DNA of 64,000 bases. It comes from Vulcanimicrobiota bacterium (GTDB lineage Bacteria; Vulcanimicrobiota; Vulcanimicrobiia; Vulcanimicrobiales; Vulcanimicrobiaceae). A program made the translations under genes and the position numbers. Below are positions 11,257-21,311 of this stretch, piece after piece (the first letter of the stretch is position 1; the number at the start of each line of letters is the position of its first letter). The notes under the pieces were generated by a model. That model was not told the origin of the DNA. It made no database searches and saw only the letters and a list, made by a program, of their open reading frames with translations. The stretch lies in assembly GCA_963733295.1 (NCBI GenBank), contig CAVTCS010000003.1:1216001-1280000 (forward strand), read 5' to 3'.

Positions 11257-12867
11257 GTGCGACGTCGGCATTTTCTGTTCGGTTCGCTCGCGGTCGGTAC
11301 CAGCGGATGCACGAGCATCTCGGCGGTTCGCGGCGGTGGCAACCGCTTTACGACACCCGGGACGTTACGCTTCTCGGACGGCGAAGATATCGGCGGTCTC
11401 AATCTCCACATCGTCCCGCAAGTCTCGGTTGGGCAACTCACTCAGCTGACCGGCGCATTTCTCATCCGCTTCGACGACGCCTCTCGGCCCTATCCCGACC
11501 TCTTGGAGCGAATTCCAAGCCTCGCGAACGGCGATATCAGTCGCGACGGACTATCGATCACGTTTCGCTTGCGACCCGGACTTGTATGGTCCGATGGTCA
11601 CCCGCTGCAATCCGACGATGTCGCCTTTTCGTTTGAAGCCGTCAACAATCCTAAGAACAACGAGTACTCGCGCTCGGGGTTCGACCAAATCGTGGACGTT
11701 GCGACACGTGACAAGACCACGACCACGATCAAACTCAAACGGCCGTACGGCTCGTTCTACGAGACGTATTTCTCGTCGGCGAATCTCCCCTTGCTTCCCA
11801 AACATCTACTGGGTAGTTTGCCGGACATCAACACGGCGCCGTACAACGCACTTCCAATCGGCAGCGGACCCTTCAAGTACGTCTCGTGGGCGCGCAACGT
11901 CTCGGTCGACATGGTCGCGAACGACCGCTACTTCCGCGGCCGGCCGAAGCTCAACCGGATCGTCTATAAAATCGTGCCGAACTGGAATACCGTCGAGACG
12001 CTGTTGCGCACGGGCGAACTCGATATAGCATGGCTCGTGCCGAGCAACCTCCTCGACCGGTTGGCAACCGCTCCCGGGTTCATGCATCTTAGCCAGCCCA
12101 GCGATCTGCGCACGCAGCTGCAGTTCAACACGTCGGCACCACCGCTTCGCGAGGCCGCGGTGCGCCAGGCCCTCCGTCTGGCGATCGATCGGGCCACGCT
12201 GCTGCGTAAGATCGAGCACGGCCACGGCTATTTGAGCGACTCCATCCTCGGGCCCCTCTGCGCGGAGGCGGTCCAAATCGCGCCCGAACCTCAGGATCCC
12301 AAGCGCGCGGCGGAACTGCTCGAAACAGCGGGTTGGCGTGCGGGCGCCGACGGTGTGCGCGCGAAGAACGGCGTTCGGCTCGAGGTGGACATTGCGACGA
12401 TCAGCGGCAGTCCAGAGCGCGACGCATGGGCGTTGCTCATTCAGAACTGGTGGAACGTTATCGGTGTCAAGGCGAACGTGAAGCACTATCCGCCGTCGGT
12501 GCTGTTTGGAGCATACTCGGCGAACGGGATCCAGACGCGCGGCAATTATACCGGCGCCATTAATCAACAGGGTTATGGATATAGCGGAACCGTGGAGGCG
12601 ATTTTTGCCTGCAATCAGTTTCCGCCGGCGGGCTTCAACACCGTCCGCTACTGTAATCCGCAGCTCGACCGTTTAATGGATCGCTTCGACGGCTCCTACG
12701 ATCCGGCCGTGCGAAAAACGACCCTCGCCGCGATCCAGCGCATCATCGCCGATGAGGTCCCCGTGATCACGCTGTTCTTTCCGTCCGACAACTTCGTCTA
12801 CAACGGCGATTTGCACAACTTCGCGCCCTTTGCGAACCTGGACTCCGCCTTCCACTGGACTATTTAG
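11257..12867 (+). CDS. Peptide/nickel ABC substrate-binding lipoprotein (SBP family 5)
   Basis: RRxFL plus lipobox-like TSGC; WSDG..DV.FS, PIGSGPFK, VRQAL motifs. Confidence 0.9.
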   Translation: MRRRHFLFGSLAVGTSGCTSISAVRGGGNRFTTPGTLRFSDGEDIGGLNLHIVPQVSVGQLTQLTGAFLIRFDDASRPYPDLLERIPSLANGDISRDGLSITFRLRPGLVWSDGHPLQSDDVAFSFEAVNNPKNNEYSRSGFDQIVDVATRDKTTTTIKLKRPYGSFYETYFSSANLPLLPKHLLGSLPDINTAPYNALPIGSGPFKYVSWARNVSVDMVANDRYFRGRPKLNRIVYKIVPNWNTVETLLRTGELDIAWLVPSNLLDRLATAPGFMHLSQPSDLRTQLQFNTSAPPLREAAVRQALRLAIDRATLLRKIEHGHGYLSDSILGPLCAEAVQIAPEPQDPKRAAELLETAGWRAGADGVRAKNGVRLEVDIATISGSPERDAWALLIQNWWNVIGVKANVKHYPPSVLFGAYSANGIQTRGNYTGAINQQGYGYSGTVEAIFACNQFPPAGFNTVRYCNPQLDRLMDRFDGSYDPAVRKTTLAAIQRIIADEVPVITLFFPSDNFVYNGDLHNFAPFANLDSAFHWTI

Positions 12868-13189
12868 GGCGGCACAACGTCGATTACCGCCGTGTGAACT
12901 CGGCGCGATACAAAAACGAGCCTCCGACCGGCAAACAGCTTAGGAGGCGTGGCGCGTAGTGCTTAACGGGGTCCACATCGGCACGCTTTCGGCTCTCATA
13001 CGTCAAGCGGCGGAGAACGCCTCAAGGTCTACATAATTCGCGGCGAGCCGGTGTTCCCTTACTTCGGGCTTCATTCCGCAAAATCCAGAAACTCAAACTT
13101 CCGCGCGACGTTGCGATTCTTTGCGTATTCCGTTTCGACCGTCGGCGTTCCGGTTATAACGCAGGGCAAACAAAGTGAGGATGGACTGA

Positions 13190-13423
13190 ATGAAAGAGCG
13201 CCCCGTAATCGTCGAAGAGCCCGTGATCGTCAAGCGTTCGAATATGACTGGACCGGCGGCAATCGCCGGAATCGTCGTAATAGTTGCCATCGTGGCTCTG
13301 TTCATATGGAAGCCTTGGAACACGTCGACGAGTACCACGGTCATCAACGAGCCCGCTACGGCCGCGAGTGACAGCGCGGGGGCGTCTGCTCCGGGAGCTG
13401 CGTCCAGCGGCTCGACACCCTAG
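13190..13423 (+). CDS. Small single-pass membrane protein
   Basis: RBS, one TM helix, WKPW, S/T/A-rich tail. Confidence 0.7.
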   Translation: MKERPVIVEEPVIVKRSNMTGPAAIAGIVVIVAIVALFIWKPWNTSTSTTVINEPATAASDSAGASAPGAASSGSTP

Positions 13424-13435
13424 AATGGTCGTGAG

Positions 13436-13648
13436 GTGATTCAGCAGCTCGATGTTCCGCTTCCGATGATTACCCCGAAGGGCCCGGGACTCGCGCACTT
13501 CATCATCGACTACGGGATCGAACACAACCTGATGTTCGTCATCTTCCTGCATGCGAATGGTGAATGCTGGACGTTCGACACGCGAAACGTCCGTATGGAA
13601 AAGAACGTGACGATCGGACGCGTTGAGGTCGGCAGTCTCAATCTCTGA
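13436..13648 (+). CDS. Small conserved hypothetical protein
   Basis: GAGG RBS; TPKG.G.AHF.IDYG.EH...GECWTF pattern. Confidence 0.7.
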   Translation: MIQQLDVPLPMITPKGPGLAHFIIDYGIEHNLMFVIFLHANGECWTFDTRNVRMEKNVTIGRVEVGSLNL

Positions 13649-13704
13649 GGATCGCGTCAACCCACCTCAAGGCGCACTACACGAGCTTACGGAAATGGAA
13701 ACCA

Positions 13705-13977
13705 ATGAAATCAAAGGCAAGCAAGAAAACAAAACGGAGTCGAAAAGCGCCGACCCGGGCGAAAAGGGCGGCCACGAAAGTCGTGAAGCGCTCCACTACC
13801 GTCGTGAAAAAAGCTGCTCGCGGCGCGAAGAAGGCGGCCTCAACCGTGCGCAAGGTGAGCCACGCCGCAAAAGAGATCAGCGCGATCGTGGAAGCAGGTG
13901 CAATCGCCATCGAGAATGCGGCTGGCTCCGAGAAGGTTCCGCCGAAACGTCCAACCCGTCGAAAGAAGGTTCCGTAA
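13705..13977 (+). CDS. Histone-like Lys/Arg/Ala-rich protein
   Basis: Strongly basic, KKAA repeats. Confidence 0.6.
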   Translation: MKSKASKKTKRSRKAPTRAKRAATKVVKRSTTVVKKAARGAKKAASTVRKVSHAAKEISAIVEAGAIAIENAAGSEKVPPKRPTRRKKVP

Positions 13978-13999
13978 GACTGGGGGCGACGAAGAACGC

Positions 14000-14782
14000 T
14001 TAGACGGCTGCGCGATAATAAGCGCGAGCGCGGGATAGGATCTCGCTCGCATATGCCGTCCGGTACTTCTTCAGCCAGAGGATCGTGGCTTCAGCGCTAG
14101 AGATATCGCCCCACAATGGGTCGATTTCAGAGTCGACGGCGTGGGAAACTTCTTCGACCTTCTGTCCTAACACATCGGTGATCGCTCGCCCGAGTGCTGA
14201 CTCCATCACCGAAATGTTCCCGCCGGGCAACACTTGCGTGTGCGCGCACAGTAAATCGTGGACTCGGGCGACGTTGAACTCGTCCGCAAAGACGTCGACC
14301 GGATATCCGCAAAAAAGCTTGAACTCGTCCTGGCTCAACAAGAGATTCCAGAAATTCTCCAGCTGCACGGCTGCGTCGACCTGCCCGGCGGCCCACAGGA
14401 GTCCGACCATTTCACCGTAGGCGCGTAGAGCCGCACGCGGTTTCATGTGGCGTAATCCACGGATCGTGCCCCCAACGACTTGTTCGAAGCGGCGCCAATC
14501 AGGTCGTCCATCGCACATGAATTGATCGAGGGTTGCCTGGGCATCGAGAAATACCAACTTACGGGAGCGACTGTCGCGGTGCGGTCGCGACGTACGGAGG
14601 GCGCTCAAGATAGCGTCGGTGTGGCCGGGAGTGGCTATCACGAGCGCCGGTTCACCGCGCTCTAGCCCTTCGTCGATGAACGCGGCAACATTTTCGACCA
14701 GAACGCCCGGATCGGCGCCATAGAACTGGGCTAAGTGAGTTCCCTCGTGATCCAATGACGTGCGCCCGAGGTTGCCTAACAT
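14000..14782 (-). CDS. MEDS (DcmR-like) sensor domain protein
   Basis: H..QFY, RAYGEMVGLLW, LE.FWN.L, LFCGYP. Confidence 0.85.
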   Translation of the reverse strand: MLGNLGRTSLDHEGTHLAQFYGADPGVLVENVAAFIDEGLERGEPALVIATPGHTDAILSALRTSRPHRDSRSRKLVFLDAQATLDQFMCDGRPDWRRFEQVVGGTIRGLRHMKPRAALRAYGEMVGLLWAAGQVDAAVQLENFWNLLLSQDEFKLFCGYPVDVFADEFNVARVHDLLCAHTQVLPGGNISVMESALGRAITDVLGQKVEEVSHAVDSEIDPLWGDISSAEATILWLKKYRTAYASEILSRARAYYRAAV

Positions 14783-14825
14783 ATCTGCCCTCCGCTCCTG
14801 CCCTCTTACCCCCCGGGTCCGAGAC

Positions 14826-16847
14826 TTAGCGTTGCGCTTCCTCGTTGCGGAGGACCTTCGCTCTGAGCGCATTGGCGAGGAGGCTCGTTTCCAACCGCCT
14901 GCGCGTCATGGCAGTCGTCGCCCGGACGCGAGTGCTTCCGAGCAGAACTGCCCGCGCGTGGCTCCCGCCGCTGCGTCTGCGTTCCACCGAGAACTCATCC
15001 GCGAACTTTTTGATCAAGAGCAGGCCGCGGCCGTGCTCGGGTATCGGATTGTTCGGAAGAGCCGGATGGAAGTCAAAACCTTCCCCGCTGTCTAGTACGT
15101 GGAGAACGGCTAGCGGACCCGAAACGTCGAGAATGACCTCGACTTGTCCCGGCGCATGTCGATACACGTTGCTCGTCAGCTCTCCGAACACGAGTTCGGC
15201 CGAGGACAAATCCGCTTGGTTCAATCCGGCTTCGCGTAGGCGAGCGACGTAGTCGTGACGCACGGCGGCGGCTCGGTCGGCGTCTTCCACATCGAAACTC
15301 CACCGGCTCGCACCACGTTCGCCGTCAATTTCCGTTAAAGGTTGACCGAACCACACGCCGAGCACCGCGATGTCGTCGTGCGCGGGACGCCCCTGCGAGA
15401 CGGCGCGGAAAACGTGCAACGCAATGTCGGCATCGTTCTGGACGGCGCAACGGACCGCCTCGAGTAAACGCCCGCTAGCGGTCTCGGGATCGCGCTCGAA
15501 TTCGCTTAATCCGTCTGTGTACGCCACGAGCAGCGCGCCTGGTTCGACGCTCGAGGATGCAGACTCGGCATACTCAGGCTGCCGCAATCCCAGTGGAAGA
15601 TTGGCGAGAAACAATTCCTCGACGCTGCCGTCGGCGTGACGGAGGAGGGGCGGCGGATGCCCGGCATTGGCGAACACGAACTCACCCGAGACGGGATCGA
15701 AGACCGCCACGAATGCCGTCACAAGGCGATCTTCTCCCATCGCGCGTACGATTCGGTCCACCGAGTCGAGCACCGCGGACGGATTGGGATTGATGACGGC
15801 TGCGGTACGGATGCTTTGCCGCACGCTGGCCATCGTAACGGCAGCGTCGAGGCCTTTGCCGGCGACGTCACCCACCGAAAGCACGACACGCCCGTCGGGC
15901 AGACGGAACGCATCGTACCAATCGCCGCCGACACTCGCTTCGGTCTGGGCGGCTTGATACACCGTGGAAAACCGCAAGCCCGGCACGTCGGGAACGTCCA
16001 CGTTGAGAGCCGCGCTCTGAAAAGTCGTCGCCACTCGGAGCTCGCGCGTATAGGCGTTCGCATTCGACAGTGCAGCGCCCAAACGTGATGCGAGCTCGGG
16101 TACCAGCGCGCGCAGCTGGTCTTGGATCGTGCAGCAGATGAGCCAACCGAACACGGTTTCACCAAACTCGACGGGTATTACGCTCAACTCGCGCGTGAGC
16201 AAGGTCGCACCCGAACCTTGCACGCGTTGTATGCGCGCTTCTTCCGCAGGATCGAGCGTCGAAGGATCGCCGGAGGCGGCTGCGCGGGTGAGCGCCCCGT
16301 CCGCATCGCGTAGTCGAACTTCGCAGTACGCAACCTCGCGGGGAGCGACGAAATCCGCCAGCGCGCGGGCGATTTCGAGCGGGTCGAGCGACGCGGAGAG
16401 CACCTGCGTGACCTCCGACAGGACCGCCAGGACGTGCTCGGCGTCCTTTTGATCGTGGATGTCCGTACACGAACCGTACCAACGTCCGATCGCACCGCTC
16501 TCGTCGCGCGCCGGATCGGCGAGCATCAGATACCAGCGGTGGGCTCCATCGTGACGTCGCAGCCGTGCCTCCGCTCGAAACGAGGTCCCAACGCCAAGGG
16601 CGGCGTGCCAGGATGACAGGGTAGCCGCTCGGTCGAGCGGGTGGACTAGCTGCTCCCAACTGCCCGCACCAAAAGAGCCAGCTGCGACGCCCGTGTATTC
16701 GGTGAAACGGCGGTTGCCGTAGTCGAGCGTCCCGTCGGCGGTTGCGCTCCACACGATGTGGGGAACCGCATCAACGAGCCCGTCGACGCGCCCGGCCGCG
16801 ATAGCCCGGTCGGGCAATTCCCGCTTTATCTTCGGCAAGAAGACCAC
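14826..16847 (-). CDS. PAS - SpoIIE/PP2C phosphatase - anti-sigma-type HATPase protein
   Basis: PAS/PAC, VGGDWYD, GDVAGKG, AGHPPP, YTDGL, DDIA; ELTSNVYRH and GRGL. Confidence 0.9.
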   Translation of the reverse strand: MVFLPKIKRELPDRAIAAGRVDGLVDAVPHIVWSATADGTLDYGNRRFTEYTGVAAGSFGAGSWEQLVHPLDRAATLSSWHAALGVGTSFRAEARLRRHDGAHRWYLMLADPARDESGAIGRWYGSCTDIHDQKDAEHVLAVLSEVTQVLSASLDPLEIARALADFVAPREVAYCEVRLRDADGALTRAAASGDPSTLDPAEEARIQRVQGSGATLLTRELSVIPVEFGETVFGWLICCTIQDQLRALVPELASRLGAALSNANAYTRELRVATTFQSAALNVDVPDVPGLRFSTVYQAAQTEASVGGDWYDAFRLPDGRVVLSVGDVAGKGLDAAVTMASVRQSIRTAAVINPNPSAVLDSVDRIVRAMGEDRLVTAFVAVFDPVSGEFVFANAGHPPPLLRHADGSVEELFLANLPLGLRQPEYAESASSSVEPGALLVAYTDGLSEFERDPETASGRLLEAVRCAVQNDADIALHVFRAVSQGRPAHDDIAVLGVWFGQPLTEIDGERGASRWSFDVEDADRAAAVRHDYVARLREAGLNQADLSSAELVFGELTSNVYRHAPGQVEVILDVSGPLAVLHVLDSGEGFDFHPALPNNPIPEHGRGLLLIKKFADEFSVERRRSGGSHARAVLLGSTRVRATTAMTRRRLETSLLANALRAKVLRNEEAQR

Positions 16848-16925
16848 CGGAACGCCGCGTCACTCGACGGCTTAGCCAATAATAACCACGTTTTCGACTC
16901 CGAAATGATGCGCAGTGGCCTAAGC

Positions 16926-17002
16926 TGGTGCGTCCTCTGGGACTCGAACCCAGAACCAGCGGATTAAAAGTCCGATGCTCTAACCAATTGAGCTAAGGAC
17001 GC
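16926..17002 (-). tRNA. tRNA-Lys(TTT)
   Basis: Cloverleaf, loop CTTTTAA, encoded CCA. Confidence 0.97.
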
Positions 17003-17180
17003 ATGACGGTTCTACGGACTGTTCGGTCGCTCTGCCAGTTATCTTGCCAGTTGCGGCCCGTCCTAAGCAGCCAGCGAAACGACCTGCGGTTCTGGGCCTT
17101 CGCGGTCTCCCTCTTTGTGGCTTTGCGACTCGATGCTCGCACGATTGTGGGCGGTCGAGACGCGCCCGTCGCGGACCGAT

Positions 17181-17564
17181 CTAACTCGTTGGCGATACTT
17201 CGATCGTCACAGGAAACCCGCCACCGTATGAGCTGGAAAACTGGATGCTGCACGATCCGCTCATCGTCGGCGTCACGACGACGGCAACGGGCGTTTCCGA
17301 GTCAGCTGGAATCTGAATCGTCACAATGCTTCCCGCCGACGTCGTGCAGTTGTCGACCTCGGTGACGGTGCCAGCCACGCCTTTGGGCGCCGTCAACGTC
17401 ACGTTTTGAGAGTAAGCGCTCCCGATGTTGGCAAAGCTCAGCATAACTGGATTCGCGAACAACGTCAGTTTCTGCACCACAGGGCAAGCGCACGAAGCGT
17501 TGTTAGCACAGCCGCTGAGGGCGAGCAATGCTACGGCAACTCCGAAGGATTTCAAGTGACTCAT
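17181..17564 (-). CDS. Small lipoprotein, beta-rich
   Basis: AAGGAAG RBS, lipobox LSGC. Confidence 0.75.
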   Translation of the reverse strand: MSHLKSFGVAVALLALSGCANNASCACPVVQKLTLFANPVMLSFANIGSAYSQNVTLTAPKGVAGTVTEVDNCTTSAGSIVTIQIPADSETPVAVVVTPTMSGSCSIQFSSSYGGGFPVTIEVSPTS

Positions 17565-17894
17565 TGAGTCCGCTTCCTTCCCGAAGCTTTGAACGTTCGG
17601 ATTCTACGCTCTTCACCTCGTCCCGACAAGGGAGATCCCAACAATGACTCAGTCACGGAGGGGCGCGTTGCGCTAATTAGATTGGACGAGCGGGACGGGT
17701 GTCTCGGCCGTGACCTTTCCGGCGACTACACGGAATCGGACCTCGCCGGTGGTTTCTCGGACCTTTCGCGGGTGTGGTCCGGCGCAGGCGCTCGCGATGT
17801 CCTCAGCTGTCTCGTACGTCGCTTCGGCGACGGCAAAATACGGAGCTGCGCTTCGACGAGTAGAGTAAATAGTGCCCGCCGCGGCTAGTCCACG

Positions 17895-20639
17895 TCAGCT
17901 CGCGAAGGATTGCTCGCGGCGGAGAAGCTCCTCGACGGCTTGTACCCGCAGTGGCTTGCCGTAAAAGTACCCCTGCGCGGCCGTACAGCCCAGCGCGCGA
18001 AGTCTCCCCGCCTGCGCGGCGGTCTCGACGCCTTCGGCGACGACGCCGACCCCGAAAGCTTTCCCGAGCGATAGGAGCATCGTTACGATCGCTTCGCTGG
18101 CGAGTTTTCCATCGGTGCCGCTGACGAACGAACGGTCGATCTTGAGCTCGTCGAACGGGAACTGCTGCAGATAACGCAGCGAGGAGTAGCCCGTACCGAA
18201 GTCGTCGATGGCTAGCCCGACGCCGGCCGCTTTGATTCGCTCGAGCGTATTCGAGGAAAACTTACCACTTGCAAGGACGGCGCTTTCGGTAACCTCGAGC
18301 ACGAGGTCGCCGGGTTGAAGCGCGAAGCGCTGCACCGTCGCTTCGATGAAGTCGCAGTAATCCGTTTGGAGGATTTCACGCACCGACGCGTTGACGCTGA
18401 GCCGCACAGGCCGGTGCATGACTCCCTCGCGCCGCCAGCGCGTCAGCTGCTCGCAACTGGTCGCGACAACCCACCGGCCTATCGGAACGATGAGCCCGAT
18501 CTCTTCGGCGATCGGAATGAACTCGCCGGGAGATACCAAGCCGAGGTCGGGATGCTCCCAGCGGAGCAGCGTTTCGAAGGCTTCGATGCGACCGGTGGCA
18601 AGCGAAACAACCGGCTGATAGGTGAGGTAGACCTGATCGCGCTCGAGCGCGCGGCGCAACTGCGTCGCGATCTGCAACCGACGCGAAGCCTGGTCGTGCA
18701 TCGTGCCGTTGAAGATGGCCGAACGCGAGCGGCCGGCGGTTTTCGCGTAGTACATCGCCGTGTCTGCGTCGCGCAGAATTTCTTCGACAGCAGCGTAGCT
18801 GGGGACGTACATCGCGACGCCGACGCTCGCCGTAACGAAGATCTCGCGACCTTCGACGAAAAGCGGCTGACCGAGTTCGCGCACGATGCGGTCGACGACG
18901 CGCTCGATCTCTTCGCGCGTTTCGCGTCCCTCGAGCAACACGGCAAATTCGTCGCCTCCGAAGCGCGCCACGAGGTCCCGCGACCCGGTAGCTTGCCGAA
19001 GGCGCTCGGCAGCAGCTACGAGGACGCGATCGCCGATGGCGTGACCGAGGCTGTCGTTGACGAACTTGAACTCGTCAAGATCGACGAAAAGCACCGCGTG
19101 TTGGCCGCGGGACGGCTTGTCGGAAAAGAGCGTCGCGCGTACGCGCTCGAAAAAGAACGCGCGATTGGGTAAGCCCGAAAGCGAATCGTGCGTCGCCTCA
19201 TAGCGGAGCCGATCGTCGATGCGCTTGCGTTCGGTGACGTCCTTGAGCATCGCGATCGCAAAGAGCGGCTTCGAGGTGTCGTCGCGGACGAGCGAATGCG
19301 TCGCCTCGAGCCACTGCACTGCGCCCGCGTGGGGCGCCTCGAGTTCGGTCGCAAACGACTCGATCTCGCCGCGCAAGAGACGTTGGAAATCCGGGTGGGC
19401 CGCGCCGATGCGCTCGGGCGCGACCGGATCGAACATATCGTGAAGCGCTCGGTTCGAGCGGATCACTTGACCGTTGCCGTCGACGATCGCGACTCCGATC
19501 GACGACCGGTCGAAAACGGCACGGAACTGCGCTTCCGTCACCGCCAGCATCTCGAGCATGCGACGCTGTTCGAGCTCGGCCGAGAGCTGCTCGGCGTCGC
19601 GGCGAGCGCGTTCGAGGTCGCGGCGATCGCGCTCGCGCACGGTGCGCCCGATCAATAAGGAGATCCCGAGGCCGACGATCACCGCGAGGGCCCGCTCGAT
19701 TTGAGCCAGGAACAGCGTGCGGCGCTCGCCCTCGAGTCGTTGGCTGAGGATCCGGTCGACTTCGGTTCCGATCGCGTGACTCGCGTCGTCGACCGCGTTG
19801 CTGACGGCGCCGGCCGAACTTCGCAGTTGCGTTACGGCGATATGCGAATCGGTCGCATGCAGCTCGTCGCTCTCGGAAATCGCAATGAAATGCGCTAGCG
19901 CGGCGTCGAGACGCTGACCTGCGGGTGCCACGACCGTCGCGAGGGTTGGATCGAGGCGCTCGGCGCGGGCCAAGTCGGTGCTCCCGATCGCCCACGCGTG
20001 ACGTCCTTCGCCGGTCGAAACGGCAGCCGCGATCCTTTCGGCCGACGACTTGTCGTGGCTATTGATAGCAGCAATCAGACGCATCTTCGCGGCGTCGATG
20101 CGCTGATCGACCGTTGGCAAGTTGACGCCCAGCGTATGGATGAGGTCGGTCGTGATGGGGTCCGAATCGAGGCTCAGCTGCAAGCGTGCATTGAGCACGT
20201 CGAAAAGCCCGACCGCTTCAGTGAGGGTTAGATCCACCTTGTCGGCCGGCCAGCCCGCACTGGAGGCGGCTTGCCAGTCGCTTTGCAAGGGCGCGATAGT
20301 TGCGGAGAGGCTGAGCGAGCGACCATCCCCTTGATCGTAGCGGGTCAAGCTGCCGAGGGCGCTGTCGACGGCTGCGAGCTCGTCGGGGGGCACGGTGTGA
20401 TCGAGCTCGATGCTGTCACGGAGCGTGCGCAGGGAGCGCACGAGCTCGACGTTTCGCATCGTGAAACCGACCCCGAGCCGCTCCCGTTCCGTTAGGTTGA
20501 TCTTCGAGCCGAGCTGGACCGTCAGGATCCAGAAAACGGCGATCAGGGGGACGGAAAAAGCAACGAGTAGCAACAGCACCCGCGCTAGAAGCGTCGGATC
20601 TTTCCCTGCCTCCTTGGTGAGTTCAGCGACCCGCCGAAT
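17895..20639 (-). CDS. Membrane-bound PAS-GGDEF-EAL c-di-GMP enzyme (start ATT 20639 or GTG 20579)
   Basis: Two TM segments, intact GGDEF, ETLLRW and DDFGTGYSS. Confidence 0.92.
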   Translation of the reverse strand: MRRVAELTKEAGKDPTLLARVLLLLVAFSVPLIAVFWILTVQLGSKINLTERERLGVGFTMRNVELVRSLRTLRDSIELDHTVPPDELAAVDSALGSLTRYDQGDGRSLSLSATIAPLQSDWQAASSAGWPADKVDLTLTEAVGLFDVLNARLQLSLDSDPITTDLIHTLGVNLPTVDQRIDAAKMRLIAAINSHDKSSAERIAAAVSTGEGRHAWAIGSTDLARAERLDPTLATVVAPAGQRLDAALAHFIAISESDELHATDSHIAVTQLRSSAGAVSNAVDDASHAIGTEVDRILSQRLEGERRTLFLAQIERALAVIVGLGISLLIGRTVRERDRRDLERARRDAEQLSAELEQRRMLEMLAVTEAQFRAVFDRSSIGVAIVDGNGQVIRSNRALHDMFDPVAPERIGAAHPDFQRLLRGEIESFATELEAPHAGAVQWLEATHSLVRDDTSKPLFAIAMLKDVTERKRIDDRLRYEATHDSLSGLPNRAFFFERVRATLFSDKPSRGQHAVLFVDLDEFKFVNDSLGHAIGDRVLVAAAERLRQATGSRDLVARFGGDEFAVLLEGRETREEIERVVDRIVRELGQPLFVEGREIFVTASVGVAMYVPSYAAVEEILRDADTAMYYAKTAGRSRSAIFNGTMHDQASRRLQIATQLRRALERDQVYLTYQPVVSLATGRIEAFETLLRWEHPDLGLVSPGEFIPIAEEIGLIVPIGRWVVATSCEQLTRWRREGVMHRPVRLSVNASVREILQTDYCDFIEATVQRFALQPGDLVLEVTESAVLASGKFSSNTLERIKAAGVGLAIDDFGTGYSSLRYLQQFPFDELKIDRSFVSGTDGKLASEAIVTMLLSLGKAFGVGVVAEGVETAAQAGRLRALGCTAAQGYFYGKPLRVQAVEELLRREQSFAS

Positions 20640-20662
20640 ACCGCACTCCCTGCGACTTACGC

Positions 20663-20740
20663 TGGGGTGATTGACGGGACTCGAACCCGCGACCTCCGGA
20701 GTCACAGTCCAGCGCTCTAACCAACTGAGCTACAATCACC
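20663..20740 (-). tRNA. tRNA-His(GTG)
   Basis: Cloverleaf, loop CTGTGAC, encoded G-1 and CCA. Confidence 0.97.
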
Positions 20741-20754
20741 ACGTTGCACGAAAC

Positions 20755-20827
<73 letters not shown>

Positions 20828-21311
20828 CAAAGCGCTCGTTTCGTCCCGGGGCATTAAGGTCGTTCTTTGCCCCTCTCGGTCGGGAACCTGGGCGCGTTTT
20901 CGTTCGCCGGCGTAAGCCGCCCTGCGCCGGCGTGAGTTGTTCGGCTGGGCCCGAATATGGTCCCACAATTCGGCATTTTATACAAACACCCGCTCGCTAG
21001 GTCGCTGAGGCTCGATATGTGAGTTGACGGGCACTCGTCTGAGGGCGGCCGCTCCTCTCGCCCGGAGGCCTCGAAACCACGCCGGTTCGGCCCAGATCCG
21101 GGCGCGGCTCAGAACTCGCGTCGATCCGCAACGGCGATCGTGAAGCCGGCGTTCGAGCGGCGCGATCGACGCTGGTCGTACCAGGTCGCGCCGATCACTG
21201 CTCGTACTTCGGCGCGATTCATAGCAGGCTGGATCGCGTTGCTCTTTTCATCGAAGAGCACGCTCGAACCGAAGCAGAGGAGACGAATGAGCCGCGCTAA
21301 ACCGGCTTTCC

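Noticed and set aside
12870..13185. c-di-GMP riboswitch (GGCAAAC)
   Set aside because: Second stem and downstream consensus not found
17688..17894. Open frame continuing past the GGDEF/EAL TGA (read-through or selenocysteine)
   Set aside because: EAL domain is already complete, no SECIS-like evidence, extension unrecognisable
20830..21300. Small ORF or ncRNA between tRNA-Arg and 21312
   Set aside because: Short frames lack RBS or motifs; no recognisable RNA family
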